Source of the DNA: Octopus vulgaris
Lineage: Eukaryota
Direction of reading: 5' to 3'
Length of the DNA stretch: 64,000 bases
NCBI GenBank assembly: GCA_951406725.2
Contig: OX597832.1
Location: 23,870,001 to 23,934,000, forward strand
In this document: one piece after another, positions 53,255 through 64,000 of the stretch
Numbering within the stretch: the stretch's first letter is position 1
Layout: each line of letters starts with the position of its first letter
The notes under the pieces: generated by a model
The model's database searches: none
The model's input: the letters and a program-made list of their open reading frames with translations, nothing else
What the model was told of the DNA's origin: nothing
Position numbers and translations under genes: made by a program

Positions 53255-53921
53255 TATGAGGAATGGTGAAATAGTCCCTGGCTTTGAATGAAAGAAAATA
53301 CAGGAAGATCAGTTAACCCTTTAGCATTCAAACCGGCCATATCTGGCCAAAATATTTAACCTGTTTTATATTGAGACTGACCAGATCTCGCCTCTCACCT
53401 CAGCCCTACCATGTCATTCTAAAACTAAAAAATCACATCACTGAAATCTCTAAACTACAAGATAATGCATGATTAATTCAAACCATTTTAAATAAACAAA
53501 CATCACATTTGACAGAATAATCTGAACTCTAAAGGGTTAATTGTGATTTTATTCCACATATTTCCTTCTCAGATTCACACACTTATTGCAGCAATTCTTC
53601 AGTTTTTCTAAACCTGGAAAAGAAGTCAGAAATTTGGGCCTCAAACCAAACCTTTTGCGATACCCTTAATGCCAGTAATTTTTCTGCACCCCTTATATAT
53701 ATAGGAGTAGGGACTGAAAAGTTCCTGGCTTTGTATAAAAGAAAATACAGACGGATCAGTTAATTATGATTTTATTCAACATATTTCCCTCTCAGATTCA
53801 CACACTTATTGCAGCGGTCCTTCAGGTTTTCTAAGCCCTGTAAAAGAACTCGGTAAGTTCAGCCTCCAACCAGGTCTTTCATGAGACCCTTAAAGCCAGG
53901 AACTTTTCAGCACCCCCTCAT
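53255..53921. mobile_element. Two adjacent Tc1/mariner-like MITE copies, the first interrupted by a TTAA MITE
   Basis: TIR-like ctgaaaagttcctggcttt / aaagccaggaacttttcag, TA flanks; duplicated body. Confidence 0.6.
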
Positions 53922-54151
53922 ACATACGCAGACAATAACCTACTCATATATATCTACAAACCCCTAGAACAGTCTTGACTTAACAATAAAAAAAAGAACT
54001 AATTATTTTGTTATAACTGGCTCCAATAATTCTGCAAATGAAAAAAAAAAAAACTTAAATAAATCCCAAATAAGGAAAAATATATAATATCATAATTATA
54101 TTTGGTAATATTGTGAATAAAGGGTTCAACGTTGGTTCTATGTCAGTGTGT

Positions 54152-54440
54152 GTATATAAGAATTTTTTGCATAATGAGATAAAAAAAAACCAGAGCTGTG
54201 TAGCTATTAGAGCATTTATAAGATAGAAGGTCTTACGGCTGTTTCTAGGATATTTTTAATTATATCCCTTCATCAGAGACGGTGTGAGAGGATAGTTAAG
54301 TCATAGTTAATCCTCTCACACCGTCTCTGATGAAGGGATATAATTAATTATCCTAGAAACAGCTTCTATCTATAAATGCTCTAATAGCTACACAGCCTTG
54401 GGATTTTTATCTTATTACACAAAAATTCTTATATATATAT
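54152..54440. mobile_element. ~290-bp imperfect palindrome: inverted pair of Penelope-like terminal repeats
   Basis: Arms such as atatcccttcatcagagacggtgtgagagga / tcctctcacaccgtctctgatgaagggatat; hammerhead core in both arms; TA-rich flanks. Confidence 0.65.
54230..54280 (-). ncRNA. Minimal type I hammerhead ribozyme motif (Penelope-like)
   Basis: Minus strand reads gtct-CTGATGA-a-gggata-loop-tatcct-a-GAAAC-agcc-GTA-agac: stem I gtct/agac, stem II, 2-bp stem III, GUA cleavage triplet. Confidence 0.65.
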
Positions 54441-54589
54441 ATGTATGTATATATAAATATGGGCTGTAGTAGAAGATATTTGCCCAAGATGCCACACAGT
54501 AGAACTATGTGGTTGGGAAGCAACCTTCTTACCACACAGCCGTGCCTGCACCTGATATCTTATCTTATTTTTTTTCGTCTTTCTTTAAG

Positions 54590-54712
54590 GCAGTTCACAG
54601 ACTTTTGGAAGAAAAGCGTCTTTCAGAAGATTGCATTGATGTTAAACCGTATAACATTGAGGGGATTTATCACCTTGGTCGGCAATTTCTTTTTCGCCAG
54701 AAGCAGCAGTAA
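54590..54712 (+). CDS. LRRC34: LRRC34 terminal exon copy 9a, truncated duplicate (AVHRLLEEKRLSEDCIDVKPYNIEGIYHLGRQFLFRQKQQ*); 385-aa isoform if used
   Basis: Intact ttctttaag acceptor, phase 0; first 35 codons differ from 9b at two residues, then repeat-derived sequence and stop. Confidence 0.6.
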   Translation, partial: AVHRLLEEKRLSEDCIDVKPYNIEGIYHLGRQFLFRQKQQ

Positions 54713-54944
54713 GACCTTCTATCTATAAATGCTGTGATATCTACACAGCCTTGGTTTTATTTTATCTTATTTCACAAAAAATTCTTATATATATATATAT
54801 GGGCTGTAGTAGAAGACATTTGCCCGAGGTGCGACTCACGGTGGAACTGAACTCTGAACCACGTGGTTGGGAAGCAAGCTTCTTACCACACAGCCATGCT
54901 CTGCACCTGATACCTTTTTTTTTTTTTATTCGTCTTTCTTTAAG

Positions 54945-55121
54945 GCAGTTCACAGACTTTTGGAAGCAAAGCGTCTTTCAGAAGATTGCATTGATGTTAA
55001 ACCGTATAACATTGAGGGGATTTTTCACCTTGGTCGGCAATTTCTTTTTACTCCTCGCCAATTCGGTAGAGCACCAAGTTATGGAAACTGTCTAACAACA
55101 TCTGCCATTCTGAAGCAATAA
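54945..55121 (+). CDS. LRRC34: LRRC34 terminal exon copy 9b, full length (AVHRLLEAKRLSEDCIDVKPYNIEGIFHLGRQFLFTPRQFGRAPSYGNCLTTSAILKQ*); 403-aa isoform
   Basis: ttctttaag acceptor; DVKPY...G and PSYG correspond to recalled DVEPF...G and STYG; AATAAA at 55186-55191. Confidence 0.85.
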   Translation, partial: AVHRLLEAKRLSEDCIDVKPYNIEGIFHLGRQFLFTPRQFGRAPSYGNCLTTSAILKQ

Positions 55122-58100
55122 GCGAGAGAATATGAAGTTATGTAAAAACCGAAACTTTCAGCAAGTCTTTGTATTCTTAGAGAGAAATAAAAAATTTAAA
55201 TACATATCGTTTGTCATTTACTTGCTTCAGTGTACTGGACTGTGGCCATCCTGGGGCACCACCTTGAAGGGTTTTTGTCAAACAAATCGATCCCCAGGAC
55301 TTATTTTTAAAGTCCGGTACTTATGCCAAACTTTTAAGCTATGGGGCCGTAAACAAACCAATAGCAGTTATCAACCAATTGTGGGGACAAAGCATCAGAA
55401 TGCAGGACCTGGTGCCAGTCTTGCTTCTCCTCAGTTCAAAGATTTCAGTAAAGTTGACTCCAACTTCATGCAAGCACAAAAGCATGCTGGGAAAATACTG
55501 CTCCGCTAAATGGAAGCCTTTTTCTGTCATTGCGGTTTTCTGGCACAAAACAGAGAGAGATCCTTGATGTCATCATCATCATCATCATTTAACATCCGCT
55601 TTCCATGCTAGCATGGGTTGGACGATTTGACTGAGGACTGGCGAACCAGATGGCTGCACCAGACTTCAATCTGATCTGGCAGGGTTTCTACAGCTGGATG
55701 TCCTTCCTAACCCCAACCACTCCGAGAGTGCAGTGGGTTCTTTTTGCGTGCCACCGGCACGAGAGCCAGTGAGGCGGTACTGGCAACAGCCACGCCCAAA
55801 TGGTGCTTTTTATGTGCCACCTGCACAGGAGCCAGTCCAGCGGCACTGGCAACGACCTCGCTCGAATGTTTTCTCACGTGCCACCGGCACAAGTGCTAGT
55901 AAGGCGACGCAGGTAACGATCATGCTCGAATGGTGTTTTTAACGTGCCATCAGCTTGGAGGCCAGCTTTTTGCTCTGGCCCTGATCTCACTCATATGGTA
56001 CTCTTAGCACTCCACTGGCACGGATGCCAATCATCAAATTTTATTTCGCACCAAAGGAAACACATAGTAAATGATCCTCAAGCACTCATGCTAAGTCCTC
56101 AACTTATTCCATTTACTAAAAGGTTGACAAGGCACCTGCAGGCCTCAAGAGACACATTCTTATTTCTTTATTGCCCACGAGGGGCTAAACAAAGGGATTA
56201 AGTCAATTAGATCAACCCCAGTGCATAAATGGTACTTAATTTATGGACCCTGAAAGGATGAAAAGCAAAGTCAACCTCGGCGGAATTTGAACTCAGAACA
56301 TAATGGCAGACAAAATACCTATTTCTTACTACCGACAAGGGACTAAACACAGAGGGGACAAACAAGGACAAAGGGATTAAGTCAATTAGATCAACCCCAG
56401 TGCGTAACTGGTACTTAATTTATCAACCCCGAAAGGATGAAAAGCAAAGTCAACCTCGGCGGAATTTGAACTCAGAACCTAACGGCAGACAAAATATGGC
56501 TAAGCATTTTCGTCTGGCATGCTAACATTTCTGCCAGCTCACCACCTCAAGAGACACATTCGTGTCCATAGAACATGATTACTGCTTTATTTTCCTGAAC
56601 CCTCATTTGTCGTTCATGATGATGATGATCATCATATATATATATATCCAAAAGCTGTTCCACTTGATTTCTTGTTTTTGTTTATCAATAATTCTTGCAA
56701 AACTTTTTCATGAATTCCCATGTTTTTATCCAAAACGGAGATGATCACCAATTCCTCCAAGCCAACCACAGAGTAACGGAGGTTGATGTTTATAATCGTT
56801 TGACATCTGTCTCCCATGCTGACTTGGGTTGGATGGCTTGCGAGAAGCTGGCAAGCCAGAGAATCATTAGCACGCCAGGTGAAATGCGTAGCCGTATTTC
56901 GTCTGCCGTTACGTTCTGAGTTCAAATTCCGCCGAGGTCGACTTTGCTTTTCATCCTTTCGGGGTCGATAAATTAAGTACCAGTTACACACTGGGGTCTA
57001 TGTAATCGACTTAATCCATTTGTCTGTCCTTGTTTGTGTTTGGCCCCTTGTGGGTAGTAAAGAAATGGGCTTGAGAGGATCTGGCAAGCCAGAGAATCAC
57101 GCCATGCTCCATTTATCTGCTTCGGCACGATTTCATCAGCTGGATACCCTTCCTAACATCAACCACTTTACAGAGTGTACTGGGAGCTTTTGACATGACA
57201 CTGACAACAGCAGGGTCACTAAGTAACTTGTGAAACGCAGACCTTTCAGCTGGGAGAGGGACCGCATACATGATGCACGGAAGAAATTTTAAAAGGAATG
57301 AACAAATATCAAAACAATTTATTGGTTTATATTATTTTATTTTTCCATTTCCAGCATTCCACCAGGACATGGATGAGGTTCTGTATTTCTTTTATTCTTT
57401 TTTTTTTATAATACAAAATTTAAAAAACTGCATATTATATAACTGGAGAATGTATTTTTTATTTTTTTATTTTACAATCATGTCTTTCACCACAGCCAAT
57501 AACTCAACCAGGAGTGGAGCTGTTTTTAACCAATATTCAAAAAATAAAAGATCAGCTGTACAGAATATAAACGCTAATAAAGTTTTATTTTACATTTTTA
57601 CAAGGAAAACAAATATTAAAAAAAAAATGTGGAGAAGAAACATCTTTTCTTTCTTGTACGTATTTCAGTCACTGGACTGTGGCCATACTGGAGCACTGCC
57701 TTGAAGGGTGCAATCAAACGAATCAACCATTCAACAATTTTTTGTTTTTTTAAGTTTGGTATTTATTCTATCAAATTGCTTCTGCCAAATTGCTAAGTTA
57801 CAAGGACATAAACAAACCAACACTGGCTGTTAAATGATGGGGAGAAAAAAAAAACACACACACACACATATATATTTATACATCATGGGCTTCAACACGG
57901 CAGTAACTTCCGCCTGCCAAATTCAATCACAAAGCTCCGGTCGGCTCAGGGTTATAGTGGAAGACACCTACCCAAAGTGCCACGCAGTGGGACTGAACCC
58001 GAAACCATGTAGCTCAGAAGCAAGCTCCCTAACCACACAGCCATACCCGCGCCTATATATTTATACATGGGCTTCAACACAGTTTCTGTCTCCCAAATTC

Positions 58101-59003
58101 ACTCACAAGGCATTGGTCAATCCAGGGCTATATAATAGAAGACACTTGCTTAACCCCTTTGATATCTAAACCAGCCATATCTGGCCTAAATATCCTACTT
58201 GTTTTTATGTTCAAACCAACCGGATTTGGTCTCTCACGCATACCCTACAATGTCATTGTAAAAATATGCAATCACATGACTGAAATCTAGAAGTGAGATA
58301 ATGCATCATCAATTCAAGCCAATTTGAATAAATAAACATATTTCATAGAATAATCTGAATGCTTCAGGGTTAAGGGTTATGGAGCTGCTGGGTGAGATTG
58401 AACCTGAAACCAGGTGGTTGCAAAGTGGCTTACTTAACCACACAGCTCTGTCTGTACTAATATCTATTTTTCTGTGATTTCATAGGTTAGACAAGACTAC
58501 ATTAAGGCAAAATTTTTTTTTATGTTAAAAGGGGAAAAATTTTTTTAAAAAAAACAGACAAAAGTGTAAAAGCACATTATTGAGTGTAAAACTGAATTAT
58601 ACGAAATAAAAAGAAAATAGGGGTTAAAAAAAAAACAACAATTAACCCCTCATTGATTCCCCATCTTGCTCCAGCTTTGTTTTAAAAAGACACATCACTT
58701 CAAAAGTATGATGCATATTAAGGCAACCCTTATAAAAATACATCGTGAACAAAAAAGGGGGACAAAAAAAAAAAAGGACATTTTCAAAGAATGAAGCTAC
58801 CATAGCAAAAAGGATGTTCTCAAAGTGTCAAGGCAGCGTGGCAAAGACCAGTGAAGAGACCTCTTCGAAGAATGGATCCAGCAAGGGAAAAATGTGATCA
58901 GAAAGTATCCAGAAACATCCATTGAGCAATGGGAATGTCTAAGCATATTTTTTTTAAAAAAAAGGAATTTTAAAAATTTCTTGCCAAGTATTTCATGTCC
59001 AAG

Positions 59004-59030
59004 TCATATCTTGTATTTCTCCATTTTATC
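59004..59030 (-). CDS. CENPW: CENP-W-like exon 3 (DKMEKYKI*)
   Basis: ccttttccag acceptor; 8 codons + TGA, same length as recalled human terminal VILKKSRG*. Confidence 0.75.
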   Translation of the reverse strand, partial: DKMEKYKI

Positions 59031-59547
59031 CTGGAAAAGGAATTAAAAACCATATTTATATAACGAAAAATATATTTATGTAACGAATAATTACTATTGT
59101 AAAACAAAAAATTGATTTAATGAAATTCTGCCAATACATTCGTATTCCACACAGCACTTTCACTCCACCGAGTCACTTTTATTGCTGTCAAGCATCTAAT
59201 CTTCCTTTTATCTCATTCACCATCCCTACCAAACTCCACACCCTGATATCCCTCTGCCTTTCCTCATAATACACCTCTACCTTTTTAACCCATTCTGGAC
59301 CTTTTAAAACACCTGGTGTCAAATAAGTCAGCATCGAATCAGTGATGTCAAATAAGTCAGCATCGAATCAGTGATGCCAAAACAGCCGAGCTAAAAGATC
59401 CCAAATCGTACAACAACACACCATGGCTGCAATCTAAAGACTAAAATCAGTAAAAGAATGGAACTCCATTGTTAAAAAAATAGGGAAATGTTAGAAAATC
59501 CAACTAAGGCAAAAGAAAAATAAATGAGAGAATATCTCAAGACTTAC

Positions 59548-59661
59548 AACATATAGTTTATTTATTTGAGCAGGTGTATATTTCTTAATTTGATTCTGTG
59601 CAGCATATTCACGTAGATCTTTACTAAACATTTCAAGGAACTTCAAATATGATAACCATAC
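59548..59661 (-). CDS. CENPW: CENP-W-like exon 2 (VWLSYLKFLEMFSKDLREYAAQNQIKKYTPAQINKLYV)
   Basis: tgtttcag acceptor, GTT|gtaagt donor; 38 codons, aligns without gaps to recalled human VHLNCLLFVHRLAEESRTNA...AAAK histone-fold helices. Confidence 0.82.
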
Positions 59662-61190
59662 CTGAAACAGTAGAAAAGAAAGATAGATATATATTTTAAA
59701 TGCTTTAATGATGCTTGCCTTTTATAACAGATTTACAAGGTTTACCTGTATATAAGCCACACTCATATATAAGATGAACATCATTAGTTATAAGGTACAA
59801 AATCCTGGTAAAAAATATATTTTGTGCAATACACACATTTTCCTTTAGTTCATCCTACAGAGGATAAATTACACCTACCATCATCCTAACTATTCTGCCA
59901 GATCGCTGTGTTTTCGCAAAAATTTTCTGAAAATTCCCAAAGATAAAAGAAGTTATAAGAGGTTGATATGGCGCACTTAAATCCGCAGTTATGCCAAATA
60001 ATAAACTTTATAAATAGTGTTTCAAGTTTCCTTCTTGTCAGTTGTTGGCATTCTTTCGATATAACTCGACAAAATCAAAACAATTCACTTCGGATATTTC
60101 CGTGGGTTGTGGAGTATTATGCCAGCAATGTCTCGTTTGAAACTTGAAGCAAGAAAAAAGCCTTGCATATTTGTTCTTACCTGTTTCAGGTGTGTATGTA
60201 AAATCCGCAAATTTCCAAGCAGAAAACAGAATCGAACTGTCATTTGCTTCCACCGAAATACCCGGAGTGAAATGTTTTGATTTTGTCGAGTTATATCAAA
60301 GGAATGTTATAAAAAATAGAAGATGCAAACCACCTGTTTTCGGCGTTTAGGGTTAGGATTATGTCGAGCTGGCAGAAACGTTAGCACGCTGGGCGAAATG
60401 CGTAGCTGTTACGTTCTGAGTTCAAATACCGCCGAGGGTCGATTAAATAAGTACCAGTTACGCACTGGAGTCGATATAATCGACTTAATCCGTTTGTCTG
60501 TCCTCTCTATGTTTAGCCCCTTGTGGGTAATAAAGAAATAGGTATTTCGTCTGCCGTTACGTTCTGAGTTCAAATTCCGCCGAGGTCGACTTTGCCTTTC
60601 ATCCTTTCGGGGTCGATAAATTAAGTACCAGCTACGGACTGGGGTCGATGTAATCGACTTAATCCGTTTGTCTGTCCTTGTTTGTCTCCTCTATGTTTAG
60701 CCCCTTGTGGGTAGTAAAGAAATAGGTATTTCGTCTGCCGTTATGTTCTGAGTTCAAATTCCGCCGAGGTCGACTTTGCCTTTCATCCTTTCGGGGTCGA
60801 TTAAATAAGTACCAGTTACACACTGGGGTCGATATAATCGACTTAATCCGTTTGTCTGCTGTCCTTGTTTGTCCGCTCTGTGTGTAGCCCCTTGTGGGCA
60901 GTAAAGAAATAGAAAACGGGTGGTATGCGTATTTACCTCCGCCGGGGTGCAAGTCAAATCACTAAACAAAACAGAGCAGGAGGAAGGCTATGTAAATTTA
61001 CTTTTCAAAACTGCCAACGAATAAACAGAATAAACGGTTGGAAACCGCTAATAAACACCCAGACGCGAATAATTTCTTCCTTTTTTTAAATATTACTAAA
61101 GGAAGAGTCTTTATTTGAGACGGAGATTTCCTGCCACATTCGTTATTTAGATTTAAAAACAAAAGGAAATCATTAATCTCAGAGGCTTAC

Positions 61191-61301
61191 CATATTCATC
61201 GAATTATCGCCAGCAATCCTATATTTCCTCTTATATTTCTTGATGACATTTTTCGCAGCTATACAAGTTCCAGATCGATGAGAACAGATATTGCGGGACA
61301 T
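61191..61301 (-). CDS. CENPW: CENP-W-like exon 1 (MSRNICSHRSGTCIAAKNVIKKYKRKYRIAGDNSMNM)
   Basis: aaaaATG start, 37 codons, ATG|gtaagc donor; basic N-terminus. Confidence 0.78.
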
Positions 61302-62039
61302 TTTTGAAAATACAACGTTGTGCACGAAACCTATCTCACGACGTTAAAGAGTTAGCAACAGTGGTCTCGGAGCGCGCACTCGCTTACTCGCGCATCCGCG
61401 CTAGCTAGTCGTGATTAGTTGATCCTTACTTTGTGTGTTTTGGGCGTAACTTCGGTATAGGTACCGGAAGTACCGGATACATTTCAAGAAAGTGATTTTT
61501 TTTTATATATATGGGGTGTTAGGATTAGGGTTAGGGGTGGGAGAAAAGGGTTTCTGTTATCTTCAGAAATGTAAATAAAGCCACTTCCGGTACTCACGGT
61601 ACCTATACCGAAGGATCGCCTTTTTGTATGCTATATGAAGAAATGAACACGCGACTCAAATTTTATGAATGAAAAAATAAAACTCAATTCGTACTGCGGA
61701 ATTTTAAACAGACATTACTTATTTCCAAGTACACCGGTTTGATGCAATTGTGTTCGGCAGCAAATGCAATAAAAATGCTATACAATATTAATAATAATAT
61801 CTTATTAACTCGAAATATTATGTAAATTGCATATTAAAAAATCTAAATAAAATAAATTAATATACTTAATATCGTACTTTATTTTCTTTTGATGAAACAT
61901 TACAATTTTAATTTCATCCAATCACCGCCAGCGAATAATTCATCTGCATTAATAAAGTTCTGAAAGTGACATCGTTGTTGATTTCTGTATTTTTCCTGGC
62001 AATTCTTTTACAAGTTTTGGAAAAGCAAAGGGGGGAAAG
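61302..62039. promoter_or_regulatory. Putative bidirectional promoter between CENPW-like and GNL2-like genes
   Basis: Divergent ATGs about 740 bp apart; CGCG-rich patch 61365-61405; CCAAT near 61918; TTTGAA (CHR-like) next to the CENPW ATG. Confidence 0.55.
61443..61620. mobile_element. Short MITE (TIR core cttcggtataggtaccg) with TTAGGG-containing centre shared with the GGATC family
   Basis: Inverted termini seen; no clean TSD. Confidence 0.6.
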
Positions 62040-62121
62040 ATGGTCAGTAACAAAGTACACAGGGGCCAAAGGGGCAAGAGGCCCGAAAGGCTTAATAAAT
62101 CTAGCCATAGTATGAATATAG
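62040..62121 (+). CDS. GNL2: Probable first coding exon of nucleolar GTP-binding protein 2 (MVSNKVHRGQRGKRPERLNKSSHSMNI, phase 1)
   Basis: aagATGG start, AG|gtgagt donor; NKSSHSMN resembles recalled invertebrate Nog2/Ns2 N-terminal N.S.HSMNP.R; rest of gene beyond window. Confidence 0.62.
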
Positions 62122-64000
62122 GTGAGTTATTTCGATGTTTATTTTCCTCTGCTTTTTGGTCCACCACGTGTTTGTCTTTTGCTGTAAACGTGTCTTGGTC
62201 CTTAAATGTGTGATTTTAAGGCATCGGAGCTGGCAGAACTGTTAGCACGTCGAGCGAAATGCGTAACCGTATTTCGTCTGCCGTTACGTTCCGGGTTCAA
62301 ATTCCGCCGAGATCGACTTTGCCTTTCGTCCCTTCGGGGTCGATAAATAAAGTACCAGTTACGCACTTGGGTCGATATAATCGACTTAATACCTATGTCT
62401 GTCCTTGTGTGCAATAAAGAAATGGGTATCTCGTCTGCCGTACCCATCCTTTCGGGGTCGATTAAATAAGTACCAGTTACGCACTGGGGTCGATGTAATC
62501 AACTTAATCCGTTTGTCTGTCCTTGTTTGTTCCCTCTGTGTTTAGCCCCTTATGGGTTATAAAGAAATAGAAATAGGTATTTCGTCTGCCGTTACGTTCT
62601 GAGTTCAAATTCCGCCGAGGTCGACTTTGCCTTTCATCCTTTCGGGATCGATAAATTAAGTACCAGTTACGCACTGGGGTCGATATAACCGACTTAATAC
62701 CTATGTCTGTCCTTGTTTAGCCCCTTGTGTGCAATAAAGAAGTGGGTATTTCGTCTGCTGTTACGTTCTGGGTTCAAATTCCGCCGATGTTGACTTTACG
62801 TTTCATCCCTTCGGGGTCGATTAAATAAGTACCAGTTACACACTGGGTTCGATGTAATCGACTTAATCCCCAAGTCTGTCCTTGTTTGTCCCCTCTATGT
62901 TTAGCCCCTTGTGGGCAATAAATAAATATATATTGTGTGGCTTTTAGAACATGTACATGAAGATAAAACACGTTGGTCGCTTCCAAAGGAGAAAAGATTT
63001 AGTAAAGAAATTTATATCTGTGTCGATTTTATGTATTTAGTTATTGATATTCGATTTTTCATTGCTTTTGAGAAAAATGAAAATAGGAATTAATGCAAGA
63101 TCGCCACTCCACTCTACTAAATAACTCCACTCCACGCCACTCCACTCCACTAAATAACGTGACATATTTTTATATGTGGTTTCTCGTATTTCTTCAACTT
63201 AATCATTTCACAAATGACGGCAATGAAGGTGCGTGTCTTAGTTGTGGTTAGAGTGTGGCACTGGAGATCGTGGTTTCGGTTCGCGGATCAGGTGGTTCGT
63301 CGTTTTTCTGGAGCAAACTTGTTCCAGTCGGGTCACCTGTAGACGAGTAAACCTGCGATGGACTGGCATCCCATTCAGGGTGGATGTTGTGATCTCGGTC
63401 ACTTCTACACCATGAATTCCAGGCAATCGTAGGACTCAATACAGTAATATCCAGGGATGATGACGATGATACCGACAAATGAGTTTGTTAAATGGTATGG
63501 AACCTTATTTGGAAATAATTAACAAGAGATAGAAGTGCTAGTAACTCTTGGCTGACCAAAGTTGGCATTCTTTCGATATAACTTGACAAAATCAAAACAT
63601 TTCACTTTGGGTATTTTCGTGGGGTTGTAGAGTATAGATATAACGACATTATCAGAAAATCAGGTGTAGTGTTGGCAAATCTCAGGAAGCATGGAAGTTT
63701 TGAAGGATGCAGTGCTCCGATAACTAACAACTGATGCCGGCAGTCTGGCCAAGGAAAAAATATTACTTTCTTTGGAAACAGATGAGGGTTGACGACAGGA
63801 TGGGCATCCAGTTCTACAATAGATTTTGACGTATGCAAACATGGAAAGTAAACGTCAAAATTAGTTCCATGCCTGCTTGAGTTGAGCTATGGTATTATTA
63901 TTTACATACAAGCCATACATCCTCTGGCCCAGCAGTTTTTGTTCAAAGATACTCCCAACACATATGTTTCGTTTTTGCTATAGTTTCTCAGCTGGATCAC

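Noticed and set aside
59320-59378. 29-bp direct duplication aaataagtcagcatcgaatcagtgatg
   Set aside because: Local duplication within a short repeat also seen inverted near 19240-19290
61914-62108. 64-aa minus-strand ORF MARFIKPFG...
   Set aside because: Antisense to the better supported GNL2-like exon with a strong donor

Overview
AT-rich animal genomic DNA with introns, dense in SINEs, MITEs and microsatellites. The repeat families resemble Octopus/coleoid cephalopod repeats (inference from memory, no search run). Nearly all long ORFs in the supplied track are simple-repeat or SINE artefacts. The real genes are spliced and I assembled them by hand from GT/AG sites and phase. (1) A 9-exon LRRC34 on + (39041-55121) whose terminal exon is tandemly duplicated, giving two possible C-termini. 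(2) A 3-exon, 83-aa histone-fold CENP-W-like gene on - (61301-59004) that is absent from the ORF track. (3) The probable first coding exon of GNL2/Nog2 on + (62040-62121), head-to-head with CENP-W. (4) A probable 5-codon first exon (MASME) of an unidentified - strand gene at 25895. The most interesting spot is 54150-55121. A ~290-bp palindrome there carries a Penelope-type minimal hammerhead ribozyme motif, and the duplicated 3' half of that motif supplies the last codons and stop of the proximal LRRC34 exon copy. Other notable structures are TTAA-flanked MITE arrays sharing one spacer at two loci, foldback elements with 8-bp TSDs and telomere-like cores, multimeric Nin-type SINEs, and RFX X-boxes.
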